Position numbers and translations under genes: made by a program. The notes under the pieces are model-generated. The model did not search any database. It was not told the DNA's origin and saw nothing but the letters and a program-made list of their open reading frames with translations. A stretch of DNA of 63,974 nt, filler included, from Guillardia theta CCMP2712 (taxonomy: Eukaryota > Protista > Cryptophyta), in assembly GCF_000315625.1 (NCBI RefSeq). It is 8 parts of 8 records of this genome, joined end to end, with 100 filler letters (N's around TTAATTAATTAA, not from the genome) between each part and the next. Parts side by side here need not be neighbours in the genome. Positions count along the whole stretch, not along the records: positions 1 to 11,107 come from NW_005434598.1; positions 11,208 to 30,811 come from NW_005434610.1; 6 more parts are not named here. One strand, 5' to 3'. Positions 1 through 12,646 of the stretch are shown piece by piece; position 1 is the first letter of the stretch, and each line of letters begins with the position of its first letter.

Positions 1-307
1 GGGAGGGAGAGGAGGAGAGGGAGGGGAATAGAAGGTGGCGGAAGAAGAAGTGAAGGAGGGCGAGAAGGGAGGAGGGAAGGACTGCAGGTGGGACTTGGAG
101 TCAGGGCCTTCAACTGACATCAAAATTGACAAGGGGGAAAAGTGGGGAGAGAGGAGGGAGTGAGTGAGTGAGTGAGTGAGGGAGGGAGGGAGGGAGTGAG
201 GGAGGGAGGGAGGGAGAGGAGGGAGTAAGGGAGGGAGGGAGGGGAGGGAGAGGGAGGTGCTGGCAAGTTAAGACTGTTTTAAACCCACATGATAAAAGAT
301 TCTCATG

Positions 308-3135
308 TTACAAGTCCATCCTCTCCCTCATCTTCCCGCGAGCTAGGACAAGGTCAGCTCGTACTCGACTGATGTGGGGGGTCGCAGAGGTCGCAGGAAG
401 GCGCGCGTTCCTCGTCTCCTCAGATGTTTCTCCAGAACCTTTGGAGCAATCGCCACCTCCTCCTCCGCCTCCCGTCCGTTTACCTGCAGGGCCCAACTTA
501 CTTCCTCCTGCCCTCGCTCCTCCTCCTGCCCCTGCTCTTCTTCCCTTCCTCTCTCCTCAACTTCTGCTCCCCATCTCGCCTCCCCCTCCTCCCTCCCTCC
601 TCCTCCTCCTCCTCGCTTACCGTCAGCCCCATCCTCGAGGCAGCAGCCTCACTCCCTCCCCTCCTTCGCACCTCCAGCCGTCGCCTCCCCCCCCTCTCTG
701 AGATGTCCGGCAACTGCGGGCCAGCTGGCGTCGCCCCCGCCTGACTCCCCAGCTGAAGCCGCGCCCGTGACAGGGTCGTGCCGCTCAGCTCCTGAAGGGG
801 ACCGGAGGCCACGTGACCCTCAGCTAGGGGGCTGCTGGGCGCAGGTCTTCCTCTCGCGTCGCCTCTTGCTGCTGGGCGGCTGCTCAACGAGTCAGCGAGG
901 AGCTCGAGAGCGAAGAGGCACCAACGTTCGGACAGCCAGGCGATCGACAGCTGAGGAGGAGCCGGTAGCAACAGCTGCACAGCAGAGTCAGTAGGAGAGA
1001 GCAGGAGAGCAGAGCAGGAGGTAGGATACAGGAGTACGCGAGCGCTTCTTCGTCTCCTCCGTTTGATCTTCCGAGCGATCGGCCGTGAGTCACTATGCTC
1101 CCTCCCCCTTCCCTTGCTTCCAAGCTGCTCGTCCTCGTGCTGCCCCCCAGCACGGGAGCCGATCGCGTTCCTTTCCGTAGTCTCTGCCAGGGACGAGGTG
1201 AGCAGCTGAATCCGCGGCCTGACCTCTGACCTGCATGGTGAGCGCGAGGCTCGACCTGCCGTGAGGATGAGGGGGAAGAGCAGCAGCTGCAGAGGAGGAA
1301 GCTGCTGCCGCTGCCGCTCCTCCTCCTCCTCCTTCTCCTCCTCCTTCCATTCCCGCATGTTGGTTGCTCGCCATCATCTCGACGTTTCCTCCTGACAGAC
1401 ACTTGCCGGTAACTGCAAATGAGAGCTCCGCTGCCTCCTCCTCCTGCGCCTGCCCAGCCTTGCTCGTCTGCTGCTCATCATTACTCGACGTCTCCTCCTC
1501 ACCGCTCACCTTGTCGCTCACCCTCCTCCTCCTCGTCCTGCTCTGATCCCTCGCCCCCTGTACGGCCGTCATCTCGATTGGCTGCAGCAGCTGCGCCTGC
1601 CTTACCCCAGGGGCAAGACCGGGAAAGAGGGGAGGGAGCAGGAGGGACAGCAAAGGGAAGGGTCCAAGATCAGCTGGGACTGTTTGACAGGTCAGTAGCT
1701 CGTTTGTTTGTGACAATGAGACGAGCAGGAGGAGGAGGAGAGGCGGAGCTGAGGGGATGGGAGAACAGGAGGGGAATTGGCATGAGGATAGCGAGGAGGT
1801 GGATTTCAGAGTTGTTGTTGCTGTTGTTGTTGGTAGTGGTGGGGGATGATGATGAGGAGGAGGAGGCGACCTGGAGACAGAGCTGATGTGCCAGGCAGGA
1901 GCAGGTGAGTCGCCGCAATTCGCTGCCATTGTTGATCGCATGCGAGCAAAAGACACAAGAAGTGCTTCCCCTCTCTCCCGCCTGCGCCACCTTTATGTTT
2001 CCATCAGCATGCGACTAGCAAGACAGGACGAGTGGAGTTGGACCAAGTGAGGACAGGAGGAGGGAGAGGAAGGGAGATGACATGAAGAGGGAGAGTGGAG
2101 GAGGAGAGGAGTGGAGGAGGAAGAGAGGAGGGGAGAAGTCATGACCTGGTCCCTAGAGGGATGCGGCAGCGACAGCACTAGATGCTCGTGAAGGCTCACC
2201 AGCCTGCAGGTTGTTAGGAGGGAAGGAGGAGAGAAGTTGACGACCCGCTGCTGGAGTCTAGCTGGAGAAGAACTTCGTAATCATCCTCAGTAAGCTCCCG
2301 ACTCTGCCACGTCATCATCTCTTGTCCTGCTCCTCCTGCTGCTCCTCGTCACCTGCAGCTGCTGCATCAGCTGCTGTTGCAGCCTCCCTTCTCCGCCGTC
2401 TCCCCGCCTGTTTGCCTGGCGGCTGCAGCAATGTCAGGGCAGGAAGAGGAGGAGGAGGAGCTGAATGATGACGATGACGATGACGATGATAACGATAATG
2501 ATGATGATGATGGAGATGATGATGAGGAGGAGGAGGAGGCAGTTGCAGTACTTTGCTGGAGCCCACGGAGAGTCCCGGAGCTCCTTCTGCACGAACGGAT
2601 GATGTCTGTGAGAGTCGTGGGCGAAGCAGGAGGAGCAGAGGTCGAGGTCTTGGCAAAGGAGGCAGCGATATCTGCCAGCAGGAGCTGAGGGTGAGAGGAG
2701 GGCGGAGTTAACAGACCTCGTTCCGACGACAGGGAGGGAGCGACATCGGGAGCAGCAGACGCCATGATGAAGGTTGCTGGGCCGGCGAGGAGGCCGGAGG
2801 TCGCGAGAGAGGAGGGCGAGGGCGTCGGGGCCCCAGTCCTCACGGCAGAGAGGGCAAGAGATGTTCTCCTTCTGCGAGGTCTTGTGCTCCCCCCATACCT
2901 TCATGCACCGCGCATGGACGCTGTTGCCGCAGCTCCGCCTGCAGTACGTCAGCGGCTCCTTTTCCGAGCTGAGCTCCTCCTGGCAGATGACACACACGTC
3001 CCCCTCGACGATCGGCTTCTGTTCGACCTCAGCTGAAGCCTCAGCTGGACTTTCTCTCTTCTTGCGGTCCTGCACGACGTTGAACCGGCCTCGCAGAATC
3101 TGCTCGACTTCGCTGTCTAAGAGAGAGTCCTGCGA
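308..3135 (-). CDS. ZSWIM2/MAP3K1-like E3 ubiquitin ligase (RING + ZZ zinc finger + second RING), multi-exon, 5' part lost in gap
   Basis: Exons encode CVICQEE..YCRRSCGNSVHARCMKVW..CPLCREDW (RING), HHGVCCSRCRSLPVVGTR/YRCLLCQDLDLCSSCFAHDSHRHHPF (ZZ) and CVFCSHAI..LTCSCLAHQLCL (RING2, ~1880-1990). The domain order matches ZSWIM2. Boundaries are approximate. Confidence 0.75.
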
Positions 3136-4420
3136 GGCGACGGAGCGTGAGGAAGGCCAGAGCGGACAGCGGCTCGACAGGAGCAGGAGGATGGGGAGGG
3201 GGAGAGGGAGAGATGAGCGAGGATGAGTAGCGAGAAGGGGAATGATTATGGAAAGCACATGACACATGAAGGTATTCGACCGTGAAGAAGAAAGAGAAGA
3301 TATCGAAAGATTGACGATGGAGGAGAGGGAGAAGGAGAGGAGAGGGAGAGGAGAGGAGAAGGAGAGGAGAGGAGAGGAGAGGAGAGGAGAGGAGAGGAGA
3401 GGAGAAGGAGAGGAGAGGAGAGGAGAGGAGAGGAGAGGAGAGGAGANNNNNNNNNNNNNNNNNNNNNNNNNNNNNNNNNNNNNNNNNNNNNNNNNNNNNN
3501 NNNNNNNNNNNNNNNNNNNNNNNNNNNNNNNNNNNNNNNNNNNNNNNNNNNNNNNNNNNNNNNNNNNNNNNNNNNNNNNNNNNNNNNNNNNNNNNNNNNN
3601 NNNNNNNNNNNNNNNNNNNNNNNNNNNNNNNNNNNNNNNNNNNNNNNNNNNNNNNNNNNNNNNNNNNNNNNNNNNNNNNNNNNNNNNNNNNNNNNNNNNN
3701 NNNNNNNNNNNNNNNNNNNNNNNNNNNNNNNNNNNNNNNNNNNNNNNNNNNNNNNNNNNNNNNNNNNNNNNNNNNNNNNNNNNNNNNNNNNNNNNNNNNN
3801 NNNNNNNNNNNNNNNNNNNNNNNNNNNNNNNNNNNNNNNNNNNNNNNNNNNNNNNNNNNNNNNNNNNNNNNNNNNNNNNNNNNNNNNNNNNNNNNNNNNN
3901 NNNNNNNNNNNNNNNNNNNNNNNNNNNNNNNNNNNNNNNNNNNNNNNNNNNNNNNNNNNNNNNNNNNNNNNNNNNNNNNNNNNNNNNNNNNNNNNNNNNN
4001 NNNNNNNNNNNNNNNNNNNNNNNNNNNNNNNNNNNNNNNNNNNNNNNNNNNNNNNNNNNNNNNNNNNNNNNNNNNNNNNNNNNNNNNNNNNNNNNNNNNN
4101 NNNNNNNNNNNNNNNNNNNNNNNNNNNNNNNNNNNNNNNNNNNNNNNNNNNNNNNNNNNNNNNNNNNNNNNNNNNNNNNNNNNNNNNNNNNNNNNNNNNN
4201 NNNNNNNNNNNNNNNNNNNNNNNNNNNNNNNNNNNNNNNNNNNNNNNNNNNNNNNNNNNNNNNNNNNNNNNNNNNNNNNNNNNNNNNNNNNNNNNNNNNN
4301 NNNNNNNNNNNNNNNNNNNNNNNNNNNNNNNNNNNNNNNNNNNNNNNNNNNNNNNNNNNNNNNNNNNNNNNNNNNNNNNNNNNNNNNNNNNNNNNNNNNN
4401 NNNNNNNNNNNNNNNNNNNN

Positions 4421-4558
<138 letters not shown>

Positions 4559-5063
4559 GGCTCCAAGGTTTGTCTCACCCTGCATTTCAATCCTTTCTGG
4601 GCGGACTTTCGTAACTGCTTGTAACGTTAACGACAGTCATACTAAAATTCACTGAGAGTAAACTTCGGAAGTCACCCGGCGGCCCGGCGGCCCGGCGGCC
4701 CGGCTGGTTCAAAACTTTGATTTTTCAGGTTGTCTGTGATTGATGGTCAACCGAAGGACCAGTCGTAAAATTGGTACTAAAGTTTTAGTTATTTTACATG
4801 AAAGAGTCCTACGACACTGGACGACGCAAGTCAGCGGCAGAAGTTAAATGGGCCCAGGGAAAGGAGGGGTCATTTCAGGGGATATCGGGGGGTGGTACCA
4901 TATCCGTTGTTGGGGAAAGTCACTAGGCGGCCACAAAGAGGGGTGGGTTATCATCGGAGCTCGAAGGTCATTATTGCAGTACCCTGTACACCCACCCCCA
5001 TCAGAGGGGTTGAAATAACCGGTGATGAATTTTTCGCTGTGTCCCTCCTGCCGTTGATGCGCG

Positions 5064-8000
5064 ATGGAGCTCAAGAGGAAGGGAGAAGGTTTTCTCCTCG
5101 CTCTCGCTCTCTTCCTCCTCTTCGCTCCTGCGGCCTCGTTGGTGGATCAGAGCTTCTTGCAACGAGGAGTCAGAAGGGAGGTGCTGCTGCAAGGTTTGTG
5201 CGAGCCTCCCGAGGATGTGAAGAAGCTCTTCGGGACGTTGATCAAGCACAGGAAAATCATCGACCCCTGTGTCTCCCAATGCATCCAGGAGCTTCCGGAC
5301 AGCTTGTTTCTAGAGTATGCTCAGGATGACATCTTTCAGTCTATCACTGACTGGATGTGTCAAATGCCCACATCAACCCCTATCATTCAGACAACCCCAA
5401 CTCCGACGTACTTTTTCTATCCCAACACAACATGGGGCTCTTGGAACTACACCAACTACACCAACTACACCACCTACAGCAACTACACCACCTACAGCTA
5501 CAACCCCGGAGTTACCTACAGCGGATACAACTACTCGGTCTATCCTTACAACTACACGGTTTACGAGGGCAACTACTCGGTTTATGTTCCGGTGACCATG
5601 CCGGGCACCTCTCCTTCCACAACGCCTCCTTTCATGCCGACCTTTGATGGAGTCTGTACGGGCTGCTCCTCCCCCTTGCGGGAGCTGATGGCATGCATCT
5701 GCAAGGGCTGCTGTCTGCCAGTCAAGAACGCGGCAGACGCATACATCAACAAGACTGCGTCACTGAGTACTGTGTGCTACAACCAGACATGCTCCTACGT
5801 TCCTCCTGGCGCTCCAGACGAACCTGAGCTGTCAGCAGCTCTTGCAGCTCAAGCTGCCTCAACATCAGCGGTTGTCGGTCTGATGTGAATGCTTGCACGC
5901 TTGAAGTTGCTGACGTGCTTTTCAACAGCGGCGGTCGTAGCTGCTTCGGTGGCTGGTGCGGTGGCTGGCTCTGTAGGAGGTGAACAATTTTTTTTTATGT
6001 GCCCGCATGCTCAGCCATGTGCTCAGGTGCTGTTGCTGGCTCCTCCGCTGCTCCTGCTCCCGGAGCCTCCATCTACCAGTTGATCGGGGCGACCCAGTTC
6101 ATGGGATTGTTTGGCGGCATGCTGGACAGCACGCCTGTACCCAGCGGCAACGAGACCAACACCTCTGCCACGATGTCAAGCCGCCGCCTGTTGGCAGCCA
6201 GCAGCAAGAAGAAGAAAAACTCGGGTCAAGCCTTCAGTGACGCGTTTGCGTGGGCGAACTTGAGGTTTGACAGCATCTTCAACCTAAAGGATGACACCTG
6301 TGCTGGACAACACCTCCAAGGCTTCTTCGGAGTTGCCGGCACCTTCATCACGTCGCTCGGAGCTTCTGGAGCTCTTCGAGAAGGTCTAGTCCAGCTGACC
6401 TCCCAGCTCTTCAAGGCGATGTCCGGGCAAGTCCCCTCGAAAGCCCCGAAGGGGCTGGCGATGGGGGAGCATGAGCTGCACATCATCAAGACGGCTCACC
6501 TCGGTCTGTGTCAGGTCACCGGCATCCTCTTCGCCACGGCCAAGCACACGCTCTGCCCTTGCGGTTGGCTCAACAAGGCGGCCTGGGCGATGGCGATCAT
6601 GTGGCTGATGAGCGTGCCGGCCGGGTTCCTCGTGTTCATGGCATGGCACATCCGCAAAAGCCTTGCGAGCAGGAAGATCAAGTTCAAGTCAGCGCATGAG
6701 GATGGAGCATGGAAGACGTTCTGGTCGACCGTCAAGTCAGCCAAGGGCTCAGCGGATGACCTGTGCGACCCCAACACGATATACGGGCTGCTGAAGCTCC
6801 TGCTGGGGGTGACGGGGACGCTGCTTGTGCTGCTGGCGCTGAAAGGCAGCGTGAGCGGCAACTATGTGGAGTGCGACAACAAGGGCCACTGCCAGTGCGT
6901 CGGTGACGACTGTGTTCAGACCATCGTGTTCTGGGTTGTTGGCCTCCTTCTTAATCTCATCCCCTCCTTCCTCAACTCGCATGCCGGGCGCAAAGTTGTC
7001 ATCGCGTTGACAAACCTGCTGGGGGCGGCGATCGGAGTGAAGTATACGATGGATGCAGCGGGGGTGGTGGAGAAGCATGAGGCGAAGACGACCTCCTGCT
7101 TCGCTCCCATCCTCCACTTCCTCGGCAACTTCCGGGCCAAGCTCACCACCATGCTGGACCCTTCAGTGCAACGGATCTTACGGTCCCGGGGGAAGTGGGA
7201 GAAGAAAGACACGTTCTCCATGTTCTACAGCGACTTCAACGAGCTCGGCGGCTACTTCGCCTGCTTCCTCATGTTCAAGAACCTCATGATCGGTATCCTC
7301 CTCGCCACCGACCCCTTCCCGCTGGTGGAGCCCAAGGCTCGCGCCTGGTGCATCTTCACGCTCTACCTGGTGGAGACTATCGTGCATTTCTTCTTCTCCC
7401 CCGACCTCGACGTGCTGAACGGGCTCAAGACGGCCGTCCAGCAGCTCCAGCAGACTGTCATCATGCTCATCGCCGCTATGATAGCCAGTGGGAGCCTGAA
7501 CATGGACGACGGCATCTCGGCAGTCATCACCATGAGCACAATCCAAGTGGCGCTTGCGATGCCGGAGCAGATCCTGGGAGTGATCATGACGTTTGTGGTG
7601 AAGAAGAGCGCGAACAAGCACGAGCGAGACTTCCCGATGACGGCAAAGGAGATCCAGGCCAAGGAGATGGGGAAGCAGAGCCTGTCGCAGAAGATCAGCA
7701 GGGCCAAGAAGTCTACGATGGACCTGCAGCCCATCGGGAAGTCGCTTATGACCGGGCAGGTCAAGGAAGTCTTCGTGCAGATGTTCACCAACGAGGATCT
7801 CCTCGAGAACCTCAACATGTTCAAGCCCGGCTGCCTCAACCCGTGAGTGACAGGGGAGAGGAGGAGGAGGAGGAGGAGGGGGAGGAGGAGATGGCGGTGG
7901 AGGTGGAGGAGCTTATGTGTTGAACCCAGAGTGCAGGTACTTCAAGCAGATCTTTGAGCTTGAGTCAGTCCAACAGGTTCTGAGCTTGACTGCAGAAGAG

Positions 8001-10552
8001 GTTGACATCCTCTCCGTCCACATCAACAACCTGCTGGAGATTCAGTGGGAGGCTCCTGCTGATTTCATCGTTGGCATGCAAGAGTTGTTTGCCATCAAGA
8101 ACATCCTTGAGGGACTGGCCAATACCATGAGCACGGTCAGGCCTCCCCTCCTCTCCTTTCCTCCTCCCCTCCTCCCCTCCTCGTCTCCTCGTCTCCTCCT
8201 CCCCTCCTCCTTCCATCCCCTCCTTCTCTGCTCTGCTCTGCTCTGCTCCCCTCCCCTCCCCTCCCCTCCCCTCCCCTCCCCCTCTCCTTCTTTCCCCTGC
8301 TCTCCTCTCCTCTCCTCTCCTCTCCTCTCCTCTCCTCTCCTCTCCTTCTTCCCTCTCCTCCCGATGTCCTCCCGTGCACACTTGTCTTCGACTTTCTCCC
8401 TCCTCTCGCTCATCGGCTCGCTACTCCTGTCACTCGCACGCTGTCTCGATGACATGCCTCACAGCTCAGCGACGGAGACGCCAAGTCTGCTCTCAAGAGC
8501 TGCCTGCAGTCGAAGGACCTCCTGCTGGCCCTGCAGACTCTGAGCGACGCACAGGGCAAGGCGGCGAGCATGCAAGACATGTTGTCGCAGGTCTTGTCGC
8601 ATCCTTCAGTTCGCGACGGCCTTTCCCTGCTCAAGAGCAAACTGCCTCCGCAGTCGCAGGCGAGCATCGAGAGGCTGGAGCAGCTGGACTTGACCTCCCC
8701 CGACCTCCTCGTTGAGTTCGCCGAGAGCTACTCGGAGCTGGAGAAAAGCATCAAGAACTCCAAGGAGGCAGCTGGGAAACTCACAGCCAGCGAGCTCTTC
8801 GACAAGCTGGACACAGAGACCGCGATGAGTGCTATCAAGACCCTCGTGTCCTCCCTGCCCCCACCCATCAGCCAACTGCTCGATCACTCCATGAAGGCAA
8901 TGGCCGTCAAGCCCACCATCACCAAAGTCGTCGAGCAGGTGCCACCGCTCTTTCGCCTCTTCTCTTTCCTCCCCTGACGCTGCTGCCCCTCCAGCTCCAC
9001 AAGGGCGACTACAAGGCTGCTGTCGTGCTCATCCTCGAGGAGCCCAGCGTCCTCCCAGCTCTACAGCAGCTAATCCCTCCAGCCATCGTGTCCAGCAGCA
9101 TCGCTACCGTCATGACCGACGAGAACGTCAAGTCGCAGCTCATGACGCTCAGCCAGCAGTATCCCCAGCTCGCCGCCCCCCTGGACTCCCTCGCATCGAC
9201 GGACTTCACTGCCGAGGGAGGACCTGAGAAGTTTGCGAAGCAACTTGCCGACCTCCGGGCCGCCGCTGAGACTCAAGGGCTCTCGAGCAAAGTCTCGCTT
9301 CCAGCTGAGCTCCTGGCGAAGCTGGAGGAGAAGGTCATGACTTCCTTCATCGAGAAGCTGCTGCAGCCGCTCCAGCCCATCATGCAGCTCAAGCTGCCTG
9401 CTGCTCTCTCCTCTCCTCCTAAAAAGCCCAAGGCACCAGCGTCTGCTCTCGCAAGCAACAAGGCCGGACAGAACGCCGTGAAAGATGCGCAGAAAGCTGC
9501 ATCTACCGTGAAAGCCGGGCAGCAAGGAGCTGTATCAAGCTTGCAAGCCGGGCAGCAAGGAGCTGTATCAAGCTTGCAAGCCGGGCAGCAAGGAGCTGTA
9601 TCAAGCTTGCAAGCCGGGCAGCAAGGAGCTGTATCAAGCTTACAGGATGGGCAGCAAGGAGCTGTATCAAGCTTGCAAGCCGGGCAGCAAGGAGCTGTAT
9701 CAAGCTTGCAGGATGGGCAACAAGGAGCTGTATCAAGCTTGCAGGATGGGCAACAAGGAGCTGTATCAAGCGTGCAGGATGGGCAGGAAAAGATGGAGAA
9801 GATGATTGAGGGAGGAGCAGCAGCGCTTGCTGGCATGCAGGATGCTTACGATACGCTTGCAAAGTTGCCTCAGTTCGAGGAGCTCATCCAGCAGCTGATT
9901 GGAAACGTGAGTCTCCTCCTCCTCCTCTTCCTCTTCCTCCTCCTCCTCCCCTGAACTGACGCATCACAGATCGACCCGGAGATGTTCGGCGAGATTCTCG
10001 ACAACATTAAAGCATCCCTTCCTGGCCCTGCACAGGTGCTACTGCTGCTTATCCTCCTCCTCCTCCTCCTCCTCCTCCATCACCTCTGACTCCTCCTGCT
10101 CCTCCTGCTGATCCTTCTCCTCATTCTCGATTCGGAACATGACGAATGATCCGCAGGAAATCATGGACACAGCCTTTTCGGCGGCCAAGTCAGTCTCTGT
10201 CCCGACGGCAGGGGAGGAGGAGAAAGAAGGAGCCCTCGAGCCCATGGACGTAGAGGATCCGAAGAATGACGTACCGGTCAAATACGGCAACCGCGACTGG
10301 TGGAAGCAGCCGGAGTCGTGGGTGAGACTCGTTGCCTCCTCCTCCTCCTCCTCCTCCTCCTCCTCCTCCTCCTCCTCCTCCTCCTCCTGCAGTCGCTGAA
10401 GGTCCTGCCAGATGCTCATGTTCCTCGCCCTCTGCGGTGCCATAACCTTCTTCATCATGGCTGCCATGGTGACCGTCTCCCCAATGGTTGTCGCTGCTCC
10501 TAACTTGATGTGGTTCAGGCGGCGTCGAAAGACTGCGGCTGCTCTTGTTTAG
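5064..10552 (+). CDS. Large multipass membrane protein with TRP/Flc (PF06011)-like TM region, glycosylated ectodomain and long C-terminal tail
   Basis: N-terminal signal peptide, NYT-rich and Cys-rich ectodomain, and short GT-AG introns (~5876, ~5980, ~7843, ~8135, ~8939). The motifs IYQLIGATQFMGLFG..FSDAFAWANL and GKW..FYSDF..YFACFLMFKNL resemble the fungal/protist TRP-like domain. Many TM helices. Confidence 0.7.
9511..9786 (+). repeat. Coding 33-bp tandem repeat, 8+ copies (Q[A/D]GQQGAVSSL)
   Basis: caagccgggcagcaaggagctgtatcaagcttg is repeated in frame within ORF 9025..9954. Confidence 0.95.
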
Positions 10553-11151
10553 CATGAGGAGGGAAGGAGGAGGAGCAGTCTGACGCAGAAAACTTAGAAC
10601 GGCAGCCTGAGCCTCAGTGCGGCCTTGCAGCAGCAGCAGCAGCAGCAGCAGCAGGCACTGATTGAAGGTTGTATACTAGTTTCTGAATCATAAAGTCGGC
10701 AAGTTGTCTCGACTTTCTCAGCTCACTTTACATGTCCCGTTGATTTTCTGGCCGAATTTCAATCAACAGCTGAGACTCGGCCCGCTTGACTCAGTGACTT
10801 CGAGTCGACACTCAACCGCTCAACCGTTGAGCTTCACTGACCTCCGACCTCCGGGCCTGGCAGTCAGTGACAGCGGCCCCGGCGGTACGGTAGGACCCCC
10901 GGACTCTGGAGCGGGTGACTCATCAGTGCCGCCGCGGGCAGCCTGGGGCCCGCGGCCCGCGGCCCACTGCCCCTCCCCGGCCCTAGTCCCCCACTGGGCC
11001 AGCCCCGGCGGCGCCGGGCCCGGCCTCGGCGGTGCCCAGTCACTGAGTCATCTCTCTGCAGATTCCTTATATTTCATTTGAAGAAAATTCGCGTCATGGC
11101 GGAGGAANNNNNNNNNNNNNNNNNNNNNNNNNNNNNNNNNNNNNNNNNNNN

Positions 11152-11163
11152 TTAATTAATTAA
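11152..11163. other. Artificial contig linker TTAATTAATTAA within N-runs (also at 30856, 35019, 46107, 56264, 60152, 62162)
   Basis: The same six-frame-stop 12-mer is centred in equal N padding each time. Confidence 0.95.
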
Positions 11164-11340
11164 NNNNNNNNNNNNNNNNNNNNNNNNNNNNNNNNNNNNN
11201 NNNNNNNTACCTCCTCCTCCTCCTCCTCCTCTCCCTCCCCCCTCCCCTCCTCCTCCTCCTCCCTCCTCCTCCTCCTCCTCCCTCCTCCACTCTGCCCCTC
11301 CTCCCTCCTCCCTCCTCTCCTCCTCTCCTCCCTGCTGTCT

Positions 11341-12096
11341 TACCTGCAGCTCTGCCCGCAAGGAGATAATGATTTTCTGCTGCCTATCCACCTGATTCTC
11401 CTTGTCCTTGAGCTGCCTCCGAACCTCCTGCAGCTCCTCCAGGGCCCCGCTCTCCTCCCCCCTCGCCTTCCTCCTCTCGTCCTGCTGGCGTATCACTGAC
11501 GAAAACCTCGTCCTGCTCTCCTCACCTTCGTCTTCCTCGCCATCGCCTCCATCTCCGACTGCCAGGAGCGGTGAGATCTGTGAGGAGAGGAGGGAGGGAG
11601 GAGGAAGAAGAAGAGGAAGAGATGGTAGGATAGAGAGAGGAGGGTTGAGTAGGAGGAGGAACAGGCAAGAATAGGAGGGAGGGAGCAGGAGGGAGGGAGG
11701 GAGGGATTGTTCACTTGTAGTGCAGCAATCAAGTTGTCGTCATTGTCAGTCTTTGCGATAAGAATCTGGACGGGAAAGGAAGTCAAAGCGAACAAACAAG
11801 AAAAGACAAAGTCACTTGAATCTTGTCACGAAGATCCCTGCAGTCCTTCTCGAGGTTCCTTCGTCCTCATCACTCCTCCTCCTCCTCCTCCTCCCCCTCC
11901 TCCTGCTCCTTTCAATCGTCTCCCCATCTTTCCACCTTTACCTGACACGTGCAGAAGCCGCGTCTAACTTCTTCCTCATACCCTCCTTCTCCTCCCGCTC
12001 TTTAAGGAGGTCATCCTGCACCATATGTCAGGTCTCTCCCTGTCCCCCCTTCCTCCTCCACATCCTCCTCCTCCTCCCCTCCCCCCTCCTCCTCCA

Positions 12097-12135
<39 letters not shown>

Positions 12136-12612
12136 GCCTCCCTGACCAACGATGCTCGGCTCTCACTCCTCTACATCATTACCTGCAGTTGCTGCGCCTC
12201 TCGCTTCCTGTCTCTCTCAATCCTCTCGATCTCCTTCCTGCCCTTCTTATCAGACCTCCTCCTCCTCCTCCTCCTCCTCCTCCTCCTCCTCCTCCTCCTC
12301 CTCTTGCTCCTCCTCCTCCTCTTGCTCCTCTTGCTCCTGCTAATCCTCCTCCTCGTCCTGCTGCCGCTCCTATTCCTTCTCTGTTCTGTACATGTGGATG
12401 AAGGGTACACCTGCACAGATAGCAAGCTTCGGGGAGGAGGGAACAAGTAAACCTGAATTCTGCTCGCGTCATCGCCTACAAGATCATATCGACCTGAGGA
12501 GAAAACGGTCCACCCTTCCTCCTTCTTATTCTTCCTTCGTATTTTGACTCCCTCTCTTCCATCCTCTCTGATTCCTCCACCCTTCTCCTGCTCCTGCTCC
12601 TGCTCGTGCTCG

Positions 12613-12646
<34 letters not shown>

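Noticed and set aside
11152-11163. TTAATTAATTAA palindromes as biological sites
   Set aside because: Assembly linker embedded in N padding, repeated seven times.
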